A DNA stretch of 64,000 nt, taken from sequence record NC_041877.1; one strand, given 5' to 3'. This DNA comes from Pseudomonas phage SM1. The notes beneath the pieces are model-generated. The model did no database searches. It was given only the letters and a program-made list of their open reading frames with translations, and had not been told where the DNA came from. The first letter of the stretch is position 1. Each line of letters opens with the position of its first letter. A program made the position numbers and the translations under genes. Positions 46,346-54,856 of the stretch are shown here, one piece after another.

Positions 46346-47902
46346 ATGGCACTTCGTCAGCGCCGCACCAGGGTGAGTGCAGCCGATAAACTTACCTCGA
46401 TTACTGTCGTCAATGTACCTACGGAGAACCACTCGCCCGACATCAAGAACCCGCGAAAGGCGGACCCTGCGCGTCTGGGCCTGCTTCGGTTGTCTATCGT
46501 CAAATTAGGGTTCCTGATGCCGATATTCGCGCGAGAACAGGACGGAACTTTGTTGTCTGGGCACCAGCGACAAAGGGTATGCCTGGAGGCGGGAATCCCC
46601 ACCATGCCGACCGTGTACGTATCGCTCACGGAGCAGGAGATGATGGGTATCAACATACTCTTCAACCGCGTCACCAACGACTTCAGTGCTTTCGACACAG
46701 GCAGCACCGGAGTGGCCCGGATCAACATGAAACAAACACTGGAAGCGCTGGAGTCTTTGCCCGACTGTGACTTCAGTAACTTCTATGCAAACGCTTGCAA
46801 AAACGAACCGATCAAAGTATTCGCGGCGGGTTGCGTAGACCAGTACGATAAAAAGGCCATTGTCACCGCCGGGGCGTTCGTTCGAATGGGGGTCAAAATC
46901 CCACTCGTAGTCAGTGAGTCTGGGGAGGTAGTAAATGGGGTCCACCGCCTATTCGCCGCTATTGAGAAGGGTTTGGATCAGTGGCCTGTAGTCCGTATCC
47001 CGGATCGCATCGCCGAGGTCGCTAAGATTGTTCTCAACTACCTGAGCATGGACTTCCACATCGACGAGGACTTCAAGGACCTTCTCCGTGGTGGTGCCTT
47101 CCGGCGAGTTTCAAATAACCGAGGTTTGGTGCCGAAGAGTTTTCGTTTCTGGGCCAATGGCGAACGATCTCTACTTGACAGGGATAGCTACAGCACGGAG
47201 TTTTGGCTACGTTTCCGTGAGATACATGGTAACTCCATTCTCGATTTCGGAGCTGGGCTTTGCCGTGTAGCCCCCTACCTGCGGACCAAGGGATTCGAGG
47301 CAATGGATTTCGAGCCCTATCGCGTCGATCCCGTACTTAACGAAGCAGAGCCTAGCCCCGACTATAGCCGGTCCATGGCGAAGCAATTCCTGTCCGCTAT
47401 CGCTGATCCTAGGCACAAATTCGATTCTATTTTTATGTCGGCAGTGATGAATTCGATTCCTTTCCCGGAGGATCGATTGAAGGTATTGGTTATTGTGCAT
47501 GCACTCTGTCGGCTGGATACTTCGGTTTACGGAACGTGCCGAGATATTTCCGATTTCTCCTACGAGTATGGCGGGGTAAGGAACGGTAACTACTTCGTGA
47601 TGGACGGAGAGCCGGGCATACGGTTGGGTGACATCAACTCTAGGCCTAAAATTCAGAAATTCATGACGCAGGACGAAGCTCGTAGCTACTTTGACCGCTT
47701 CTGGAACAAAGTCGAATTTTGGGAGGGTGGCAACGTTTTCTTCTTCCGTTTGTCTGCTCCCAAAGCACCGAATCTGAAAGCTCTGGGCCAGAGTTTGGAT
47801 TTCGAATTTGGCGATCTGCCTTTTCTTGACGGCTCGCGTATGGGTTTAGCTAAAGAGGCTCGTGCGGCTTTCGCAAAGCGATTGGGGCGGGCGATTCCCT
47901 AG
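46346..47902 (+). CDS. fusion: two ParB-like domains plus C-terminal class-I SAM-dependent transferase domain resembling CmoB (carboxymethyltransferase family)
   Basis: ParB motifs LLSGHQRQRV and VVNGVHRLFAA. MTase motif I ILDFGAGL..DFEPYRVDP and the post-II segment FDSIFMSAVMNSIPFPEDRLKVL are close to CmoB ([23 protein letters not shown]). Contains in-frame motif copy at 46785-46800. Confidence 0.6.
   Translation: MALRQRRTRVSAADKLTSITVVNVPTENHSPDIKNPRKADPARLGLLRLSIVKLGFLMPIFAREQDGTLLSGHQRQRVCLEAGIPTMPTVYVSLTEQEMMGINILFNRVTNDFSAFDTGSTGVARINMKQTLEALESLPDCDFSNFYANACKNEPIKVFAAGCVDQYDKKAIVTAGAFVRMGVKIPLVVSESGEVVNGVHRLFAAIEKGLDQWPVVRIPDRIAEVAKIVLNYLSMDFHIDEDFKDLLRGGAFRRVSNNRGLVPKSFRFWANGERSLLDRDSYSTEFWLRFREIHGNSILDFGAGLCRVAPYLRTKGFEAMDFEPYRVDPVLNEAEPSPDYSRSMAKQFLSAIADPRHKFDSIFMSAVMNSIPFPEDRLKVLVIVHALCRLDTSVYGTCRDISDFSYEYGGVRNGNYFVMDGEPGIRLGDINSRPKIQKFMTQDEARSYFDRFWNKVEFWEGGNVFFFRLSAPKAPNLKALGQSLDFEFGDLPFLDGSRMGLAKEARAAFAKRLGRAIP
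46785..46800. repeat. motif copy ATGCAAACGCTTGCAA inside ParB-MTase CDS (Y-A-N-A-C-K)
   Basis: Same family. Confidence 0.8.
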
Positions 47903-47936
47903 CCACTGTAGCTAAGGCGTAGAGACAAGCTGTATA

Positions 47937-47952
47937 GTGCAAGCGTTTGCAT
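47937..47952. promoter_or_regulatory. motif copy GTGCAAGCGTTTGCAT fused to -10-like TATAGT (47933-47938), 16 nt upstream of the cmoA-like start
   Basis: Same family. Confidence 0.8.
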
Positions 47953-47968
47953 TCAAGGAGCGGCGATC

Positions 47969-48706
47969 ATGCTGACAAGAAAAGATGACAGGCCGGTGCA
48001 TATGCCGGCCAACCCAGCTAAGTTTGAATTCGATGCCGAGGTGGCTGCTATTTTTCCGGACATGGCGTGCCGGTCCATACCGGATTTCCTGCGGGCTCAC
48101 GACCTCCATGCGGAGTTATGCAGAGAGTTGTTCGAAGTTGGCCGTAACTCCGTAGCTGACCTGGGCGCCAGTCGCGGCCACTTCCTCGGGGCATTAAGTA
48201 GACGCTACGGTAAAGAGTTCCATGCTTACGCCTGCGACTATTCACTGCCAATGGTTGAGCATCTGCGCAAGGATTTTCCCTGGGCGGATGTGGAGCTGGT
48301 TGATCTGACCGCGCCCACTTTCTTCCATGATCGTCGTACGTATGACGTAGTTAATCTGTCGTACGTATTGCAATTCATCACTCCTGCAATGCAGCGCAGA
48401 GTGCTCGCCAAGGTGGTAGAAATGGTTAGGCCGGGTGGGTTGCTATTTATCGGGTCGAAATACGAGGTGCTTGGACAAGTAGGGGAAATGCTCCATCGTC
48501 AGTACATAGAGTGGAGAATGGAGCGTGGCTACTCTCGTGAGGAGATTGAAGCCAAGACCAAGGCACTAGCCGGAAGTATGTGGCCGCGCACGCGTAATGC
48601 ACTCCTCATCGACTTGAAGGATTTCGGTATGGAGAATATCTCTGATACTACCTACAACATGGTGTTCGGCAATATCGTGTGTCGTAAAGGCGGAGAACGA
48701 GAATGA
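47969..48706 (+). CDS. cmoA: CmoA homolog (carboxy-S-adenosylmethionine synthase family)
   Basis: Full-length similarity to E. coli CmoA. Matching blocks: FDAEVAAIFPDMACRSIP, ADLGASRG, VVNLSYVLQFITP, RPGGLLFIGSKYE and ERGYSREEIEAKTKAL. The first two correspond to FDERVAEVFPDMIQRSVP and YDLGCSLG in E. coli CmoA. A motif copy fused to a -10-like TATAGT lies immediately upstream. Confidence 0.75.
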   Translation: MLTRKDDRPVHMPANPAKFEFDAEVAAIFPDMACRSIPDFLRAHDLHAELCRELFEVGRNSVADLGASRGHFLGALSRRYGKEFHAYACDYSLPMVEHLRKDFPWADVELVDLTAPTFFHDRRTYDVVNLSYVLQFITPAMQRRVLAKVVEMVRPGGLLFIGSKYEVLGQVGEMLHRQYIEWRMERGYSREEIEAKTKALAGSMWPRTRNALLIDLKDFGMENISDTTYNMVFGNIVCRKGGERE

Positions 48707-49545
48707 CAGATCGGACCGAAGATGGGCGTCGCCCAGTTGCGCGCCGCAATTTGCGCCGGGTGCGGGGTGGGGCACGCTTCGCCTCCAACTCTGGCAGTAG
48801 TAACTTGCGAACTCCACGAGATTTCGATGAGCAGGAGCACGATGACGTAGATGACGCCATTGATCCCCTCGCCGTACATCGCGGTGTAGTATCCCGTGCT
48901 CGTGCAGATGATGCCGAGCCTGGGACGGATGTCTCTCCGGCTCAGCGGATGTTTGATGTGCAGCGAAATGCCCCAGCCAGTGTTTCACGGGAATACCGCC
49001 TGAATCTAGTTGGCCGGTTGTTGATGCGCAAGATTCCATTGGATCGGATCGCCCAACAACTGAACGTGTCTGTATCGACGGTAGAGAAAGATAGGGCGGC
49101 CTGGAAAAAGATGCTAGCTGAACGGGCCCGCCAATTCGATGTGAACGAGTACATCGGCATTCAGTCGGAGTTCTACGACGAGGTGAGCGGTCAGGCAATG
49201 CAGATCGCCTCTATGGCAGCGGGTGAGAATGCCGTACCTACGGCCATGCGTTTGGCTGCGATGCGGACTGCGCTGGCTGGCCAAGCCGACAAGACTCGTA
49301 CACTACAGTCTGCCGGCGTATTTGAGGCCGCGCGCTTCCGCCGAACTACGGACGGCTCTGCCATGAGCGATGTACAGATGCTTATGGCTCGGACTATGGA
49401 AGCTCTGGAAGACCTGATGCAGGCTGACGAGCCTCCACCTCCGCCGCCGCGCGGTGGGCCCCCGACAACCCGCCGACGTGACGGAAGCGGTTTCGACGAT
49501 CTGACGTTGGATGACCCGGAGGAAGGGGAGGTTATGGAGCTATGA
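48703..49545 (+). CDS. putative terminase small subunit (HTH DNA-binding)
   Basis: Directly upstream of, and ATGA-coupled to, the large terminase. HTH-like RIAQQLNVSVSTVEKDR. Confidence 0.5.
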   Translation: MTDRTEDGRRPVARRNLRRVRGGARFASNSGSSNLRTPRDFDEQEHDDVDDAIDPLAVHRGVVSRARADDAEPGTDVSPAQRMFDVQRNAPASVSREYRLNLVGRLLMRKIPLDRIAQQLNVSVSTVEKDRAAWKKMLAERARQFDVNEYIGIQSEFYDEVSGQAMQIASMAAGENAVPTAMRLAAMRTALAGQADKTRTLQSAGVFEAARFRRTTDGSAMSDVQMLMARTMEALEDLMQADEPPPPPPRGGPPTTRRRDGSGFDDLTLDDPEEGEVMEL

Positions 49546-51473
49546 ACGTGAGTCCCATGAAGAAAACACGCCGTGTTCAAGCTTTTCTGCGCACCATAGA
49601 AAGCGTGTCGAAGGATATCGATAATGCGTTTTTTGGCCTGCTCTACCGTACGGCCATGGAGCGCATGGTCGATGGGGAGGCTACGCTGTTCGAGTTCCTT
49701 GGGCAGCTAGAGCATATGCCTGTGAGCATTGAAACCTTCCTCGACAGCGCGGAGTTCTTGGGCGCTACTGACTTGGTGATGTGGCCCGAGGTTCGAAAGG
49801 CAATCGTCGAGGAAAATCAGAACTGGTGGCGAGGCCTCGATACCGCTCCTGGCGCTCTCGGTGGGGCCTTTGATACGGCCTGCCTGATGGGTTGTACGCG
49901 TTCTGGTAAGTCTACCCAGGCCATCGTGGGGTTCATGTACCAGCTTCACATTCTGTTGTGTATGAAGAACCCGCAAGGCTGGTACGGGCTGCCCTCCGCT
50001 ACCTCGATTGTCATGGCGATCATGGGCGCCAAACCTCATGTTACCAAGAAAGTGGTTTACGCGCCGATGAAGAAGTATATCGAGCGTATGCCATGGTTCC
50101 AGAAGTATGGAGTACCGGACAAGAATATCGACAGCGAAATGCTGTTCATCGAAAAGAACATTCGTGTTGTGCCGGTAGCGGGTAATGAAGACGCGGTTCT
50201 CGGTGAAGCCTTGATCGCGTGTTTGATTGACGAGATCAACTTCATGAACGTGGTGCAGAAGTCCAAAAAGGCAGAAGTATCCACGGGGCGCTCTGGCGTA
50301 TACGATCAGGCGCAAACGGTCTACGATACCGTGGTACGTCGTCGGCGTGGTACTTTCCCTAAACGGTACCCCCAGATCGGCATCATCTACGCCAGTTCGT
50401 CTACCCGGTACAAAGGTGATTTCACTGATAAGCTGAAGGCGGAGACCGAGAAGTTCAACCATAACAACGTCTACATTTTCAACAAGAAGCAGTACGAAGT
50501 TCAGCCCAAAGAAAACTTCTGCGGAGAGACGTTCCGTCTACTGATCGGCAATGATGTACAGCACGATACTCGTGTTCTAGGGCCGGACGAGGCGGTGCCG
50601 GAGGGGTCCTGGGTAGAGCTGGTGCCTATCGAATATTTGCCGGACTTCCAGCGTAAGCCCTATGACGCCATGCGAGACGTTCTTGGTATATCCTCGAACG
50701 CGATCAGCCCGTTCATCAAAATGCGCTACCGGGTCTACGAGTGCGTTGAACTCGGCCACGAGAAGCGGTTGGAGTCGTTCCTTGAGAAAGATCACGTCAT
50801 TCTTGGCGTTGACGGTATGCCAAAAGTTCGACATGGGCACGTATGCACCAACCCGAGCAAGCCTCGGTACGTCCATATCGACCTGTCACGTACTGGAGAC
50901 CGCTGCGGTGTAGCGATGGTTCGCTTCGACGGGATGAGTAACTTTGAGCGGGCCGGGGACCAGTCAGAGCGGTTGCCGTTGGCTACGGTGGAGATGGCAC
51001 TTTCCATCGAGCCAGATGCGAATAACGAGATTCAGATTGCAGAGGTGCGGTCCTGGGTTCGATCCCTTATTAAAGTGCATGGCTACCCGATTAAAGGCGT
51101 TTCGTACGACGGCTTTGATAGCCGCGAGTCCATCCAGCAATGGCGTAAGGACCGCATGCCGTCCAAGGAGGTTTCGGTGGATCGTACCAGCGCGCCGTAC
51201 AAGCAATTCCGCGATGCACTCTACGACAGGCGTGTAGCCCTTCTCGATGATCCCATCTTGCTGAATGAAATATTGGAGTTGGAGTACGACACGCATAAGG
51301 ACAAGATAGATCACCCGATGATGGGTAGTAAGGACGTATCCGATGCTGTATGCGGCGCGTATTGTAATATGCTGGAACGCCGAAGCACTTGGGCTGCCGT
51401 TCACGAGATCGATGGCGGTGATATGGCCGGCAGGTTCGAAGGCGAACGTTTTGACGATGATCGACGTTTTTAA
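49542..51473 (+). CDS. terminase large subunit
   Basis: Walker A-like GCTRSGKST. C-terminal RNaseH-like nuclease region with conserved acidic residues (HIDLSRTGDRCG...). 643 aa. Confidence 0.85.
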   Translation: MNVSPMKKTRRVQAFLRTIESVSKDIDNAFFGLLYRTAMERMVDGEATLFEFLGQLEHMPVSIETFLDSAEFLGATDLVMWPEVRKAIVEENQNWWRGLDTAPGALGGAFDTACLMGCTRSGKSTQAIVGFMYQLHILLCMKNPQGWYGLPSATSIVMAIMGAKPHVTKKVVYAPMKKYIERMPWFQKYGVPDKNIDSEMLFIEKNIRVVPVAGNEDAVLGEALIACLIDEINFMNVVQKSKKAEVSTGRSGVYDQAQTVYDTVVRRRRGTFPKRYPQIGIIYASSSTRYKGDFTDKLKAETEKFNHNNVYIFNKKQYEVQPKENFCGETFRLLIGNDVQHDTRVLGPDEAVPEGSWVELVPIEYLPDFQRKPYDAMRDVLGISSNAISPFIKMRYRVYECVELGHEKRLESFLEKDHVILGVDGMPKVRHGHVCTNPSKPRYVHIDLSRTGDRCGVAMVRFDGMSNFERAGDQSERLPLATVEMALSIEPDANNEIQIAEVRSWVRSLIKVHGYPIKGVSYDGFDSRESIQQWRKDRMPSKEVSVDRTSAPYKQFRDALYDRRVALLDDPILLNEILELEYDTHKDKIDHPMMGSKDVSDAVCGAYCNMLERRSTWAAVHEIDGGDMAGRFEGERFDDDRRF

Positions 51474-51488
51474 TGCAAGCGTTTGCAC
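51473..51488. promoter_or_regulatory. motif copy ATGCAAGCGTTTGCAC overlapping terminase stop TAA, immediately 5' of SD of dcd
   Basis: Same family. Preceded by TTTTAAT. Confidence 0.8.
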
Positions 51489-51497
51489 GGAGATACT

Positions 51498-52058
51498 ATG
51501 ACCATTCTTTCCTATACCCGTCTTTGCGAAGTAGTGGACCGGGGCTATCTTAGTGGCCTTGAGGATCGGAGCCAGATAAACGCTGCAAGCATAGACGTTC
51601 GTCTGGGTTGCACCTTTCTAGTAGAAGACGCACCTTTCGACGAGGACTATTTCACAGAACCTCCTTTGCTGAATGTAGATTTGGCGGCCAGGGAATCTGT
51701 GTGTTTCAGGGAACATAAGGGACGGATCAGGCTGGAGCCAATGGAATTTGTACTGGCCCATACTGTGGAGCAGTTTAACCTCCCGGACTGGTTATCCTGT
51801 GAATTCTCATTGAAGTCCTCCATCGCCAGGAATGGCTTGGAGCACCTCAACGCGTGTTGGGTGGATGCCGGGTTCAGTAGCTCGGTACTCACCCTTGAAC
51901 TGAAGAACATGACCCGTCATCATGCGCTGGTGCTAAGGCCCGGTATGCTGATCGGGCAGCTCAAGTTCTTCGAGCATGAACCGGTGCCGGAAGAGCAGAG
52001 CTATCGCAATCGCGGTCGCTACAACGGTGATGCTTCGGTGAGCACTATCAAACCGTGA
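51498..52058 (+). CDS. dcd: dCTP deaminase (dUTPase-fold)
   Basis: The N-terminus (ILSYTRLCEVVDRGYLSGLEDRSQINAASIDVRLG) and overall length match the Dcd/dUTPase family. RBS ggagatact. Confidence 0.7.
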   Translation: MTILSYTRLCEVVDRGYLSGLEDRSQINAASIDVRLGCTFLVEDAPFDEDYFTEPPLLNVDLAARESVCFREHKGRIRLEPMEFVLAHTVEQFNLPDWLSCEFSLKSSIARNGLEHLNACWVDAGFSSSVLTLELKNMTRHHALVLRPGMLIGQLKFFEHEPVPEEQSYRNRGRYNGDASVSTIKP

Positions 52059-52073
52059 GCAAAGGAGTAACAC

Positions 52074-52889
52074 ATGGCTAAAGGTGAACAGGGCAAAGCT
52101 CGAAACGGTAGCCGTAAAAATCGCCGCGATGACGATGTGATGCGGGATGACTTCGAGGCCAGAATGGAGGGGCCCGTAAAGAAGTCTTGGACATTGCATG
52201 ATCTGGTACCGCTGGAGCCGGGTTCGGATAACCAGCGTGCGGCTATCGAGGCCTACTGCCAAGGTGACCATCTCGCCATGCTCGGCTCTGCCGGGGCGGG
52301 CAAGACTACCTTAGCGTGCTATCTGGCAGCAGGGTCTTTAGTGAGGAATGAGGTTGAGAAAATCATCCTTGTTCGTTCTGCCGTAGAGCAGCGAGAGCAG
52401 GGCTTCGTACCCGGTACCCAAGAAGAGAAAGATGCCAAATTCGAAGAGCCGTATGTCTCGGCCTTCGGCCACATCTTTGGCCACCCCACCACTTACCAGT
52501 GGATGAAGCGGCGTGGATTGATCGAGTTCCGTACGACTGGCAATCTACGGAGTCTGAATTTCGATAATGCGGTAGTCGTGGGTGATGAAGTGCAGAATCT
52601 CAATTTCGAGGAGTTGCATACTTTCATAACCCGTCTAGGCCCTCGTTCTAGGTTGATCATGTGCGGAGACCAAGCGCAGTGCGACCTGAAGCGGTTCGAG
52701 ATCAAAGGGCTGCCGATTTTCGAGGAGCTGGCAGGCGACTTGCCAAACCTCACAGTTGTGAAGTTCAGCAGACATGACTGCCTTCGTCATGGATTTGTCC
52801 GCGCATGGCTCGGTGCCGTCGAGGACTGGCACAAGCGTCGGGAGGAAACACGACCCGTAGCCGATATAACCACGAAGGTAGCCGGCTAG
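52074..52889 (+). CDS. phoH: PhoH-like ATPase
   Basis: P-loop GSAGAGKTT, Walker B VVVGDEVQN and LIMCGDQAQCDL are typical of phage PhoH proteins. Confidence 0.8.
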   Translation: MAKGEQGKARNGSRKNRRDDDVMRDDFEARMEGPVKKSWTLHDLVPLEPGSDNQRAAIEAYCQGDHLAMLGSAGAGKTTLACYLAAGSLVRNEVEKIILVRSAVEQREQGFVPGTQEEKDAKFEEPYVSAFGHIFGHPTTYQWMKRRGLIEFRTTGNLRSLNFDNAVVVGDEVQNLNFEELHTFITRLGPRSRLIMCGDQAQCDLKRFEIKGLPIFEELAGDLPNLTVVKFSRHDCLRHGFVRAWLGAVEDWHKRREETRPVADITTKVAG

Positions 52890-52906
52890 TAGACACCAGC
52901 CACTAT

Positions 52907-52930
52907 AGCCGTCCTTCGGGGCGGCTTTTT
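52907..52930 (+). terminator. rho-independent terminator GCCGTCC-ttc-GGGGCGGCTTTTT
   Basis: GC hairpin plus T5. Confidence 0.6.
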
Positions 52931-52942
52931 ACGGGGAGCGGT

Positions 52943-53272
52943 ATGGGATACAAACTGTTCAGCACTTTCCAGGCAACGCCTAGTACGCTGGGAGAAGTAA
53001 AGCCTGTTTTCTATCTTGATTTAGCTGGCCCGTCGCATAAATGTTTATGGCGATTTGAGGGGCAAGTGGCATCCTCTGTTTCTCACGATAGTAATCTACA
53101 GTGTGTTGTCGAGGTTGAGTTCGAAGTAGCAAAACCGATCAGCTATTCGGCCCTTGCTCCGTTGGCTATCTCGGTGATGAGGGACGCGATACGTGAGGCG
53201 GAAGAGGAGCCGGGAGGGTGGGCTGCTATGAAGTGGAGCGTCTATGCCAAACCGCGACACAGCCATGTGTAG
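52943..53272 (+). CDS. hypothetical protein
   Basis: RBS ggggagcggt-ATG. The track ORF 52805 start lies inside phoH and was rejected. Confidence 0.4.
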   Translation: MGYKLFSTFQATPSTLGEVKPVFYLDLAGPSHKCLWRFEGQVASSVSHDSNLQCVVEVEFEVAKPISYSALAPLAISVMRDAIREAEEEPGGWAAMKWSVYAKPRHSHV

Positions 53273-53907
53273 TTGACACTACTTTTCAAAAGAGTATTAT
53301 TGAGGGCGTAGAGCGGGCTCGGCGTTATTTTCACTACTTCCGTCGAGCCCGTTTTCTCCCCATACGTGTGGGTCCTGGGTTCAACCTAGCTGGGCTGAAT
53401 CAACCGCCTAGGGCTCACACGTATGGCGAGACCCGGTAGCACCGGGGTGATAAACGCAACACGCTACGAAACGTGAGGCTCCCATCCAATGGTGACATTG
53501 GCTAATATGGGGAGTAGGTGGCAGGGCGGAAAGCACGTTAGCGCTGACGTTAGGCACTCCAATTTTGGAATGCGTAGCACGGCCCTGGGAAGTAGGCACA
53601 ATGCGCCCGCGCTCTAGTTGTAGCAACAGAGCGCCCACGCGACTAGGCACGTTTGCGTCAATCCCCTCCGAGCAGGTTAGTAGGAGGGTGAGGGCCTCTA
53701 CCTCAAAACTCTGCGGATGCGCGCTGGTCGTTGCGGGGGTCGTCTAGAGGCTCTAAACTGTAGCTAGTCGGGGTAGCGTCCGACCGCCATATTTGATCTG
53801 TTGTTACGGGGTGGCAGGTTGTTCAGGACCTGATGCTCTATGGCTACGTATCGTAGCCACGGCTGAAACACTGAACCGAGGGGCTGGAAGGGGCCCCTGC
53901 CAAACAA

Positions 53908-53923
53908 ATGCAAGCGTTTGCAC
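53908..53923. promoter_or_regulatory. motif copy ATGCAAGCGTTTGCAC, 35 nt upstream of tRNA-Arg
   Basis: Same family. Confidence 0.8.
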
Positions 53924-53958
53924 TCTACGTAGAACGGATCACGGGAGGCAAAACTTGG

Positions 53959-54030
53959 GGGGTGGTAGCTCAGGGGTAGAGCGAGCGTTTTCTAAACGCT
54001 TGGGCGTGGGTTCGAATCCCACTCACTCCA
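53959..54030 (+). tRNA. tRNA-Arg (anticodon UCU)
   Basis: Hand-folded cloverleaf. Acceptor GGGGTGG/TCACTCC (two G-U pairs), D-arm GCTC-AGGGGTA-GAGC, anticodon stem AGCGT/ACGCT with loop TTTCTAA, T-arm GTGGG-TTCGAAT-CCCAC, discriminator A. Confidence 0.75.
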
Positions 54031-54093
54031 TCTAGAAGTTTAGATGCCACGGAAGGCGTCTACCTAGAATTGCTGTAATCCCTTCAAAGGGGA

Positions 54094-54133
54094 AACGTGG
54101 CGGACGGGGGTTCGATTCCCCCCAGCTCCACCA
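54094..54133 (+). other. tRNA-like 3' fragment (T-arm GGGGG-TTCGATT-CCCCC, acceptor 3' strand CAGCTCC, A, CCA) without a matching 5' half
   Basis: Canonical T-loop and encoded CCA. No complementary 5' acceptor (GGAGCTG) within 200 nt upstream. Confidence 0.35.
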
Positions 54134-54457
54134 AAGACATTCTCGGCCAGCACGTTCGTTCCTAGGTGTGAGAAGGTGGCTGCGATACTGCCGGGTGGTT
54201 GCTAGGAACATCATTCGGAAAGTCCAGCTAGAGAGTGTCTCTGATGGGGCTGTTCAGGATTCGACGCCGCGCGTACTTAGCGAAGGCAGCAAGGAAAGGC
54301 GACGCACCTTGACGCGCGCAAATCGATAAACGCCAACGATACTTCGTTCGACGTTCGCCTCGCAGCCTAAACCCCTGCGGAGTGACGGGTAGCCTCCGGG
54401 CTTCCTCCCCCTGCTACGGCTAGTACCCGTAGTTGCCTTGGAACAGAAAGGGGAGGG

Positions 54458-54533
54458 CCTTCGCGTAGGCGCACTGACGGTCGGCACTCCACCGCACGCC
54501 TGTCAGGGGGCTGTCAGTGCGCCTACGCGAAGG
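54458..54533. repeat. perfect 21-bp inverted repeat CCTTCGCGTAGGCGCACTGAC / GTCAGTGCGCCTACGCGAAGG with 34-nt spacer
   Basis: Arms at 54458-54478 and 54513-54533. Lies in an ORF-free region. Confidence 0.7.
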
Positions 54534-54856
54534 TAGCGATAGTGACCTTCGATCACAAGTGGATATTTCTGCTACGCAACGGGCAGTGCCCGTCACTCTG
54601 TCTAACCTTCGGGCGAGACTGGCAAGGCCACCACCGGCATAGCCGGCGCTGGAAACAGAAGGTGGCCAATTTCAGGAATCAGTGAGCTAGAGCCTGCGGG
54701 CCATGACTAGGGGACACACTTCAGTGTGGACGGTAATGCTCGCCGGGCGCCGCGCTAGCCTCTCTCGTCAAGAGGTACACCCCAGGGGGGTAACGTTGAC
54801 CACCCCGCCGGCTCTAGCTCAGTGATCCCTACCCACACCAGACAGAGGATCGGAAA

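Noticed and set aside
53690-53760. Possible additional tRNA around GTCGTCTAGAGGC...GTCGGGGTAGCGTCCGAC
   Set aside because: A cloverleaf could not be closed: the T-loop would be 8 nt and there is no matching acceptor stem. Left as part of the structured non-coding region.
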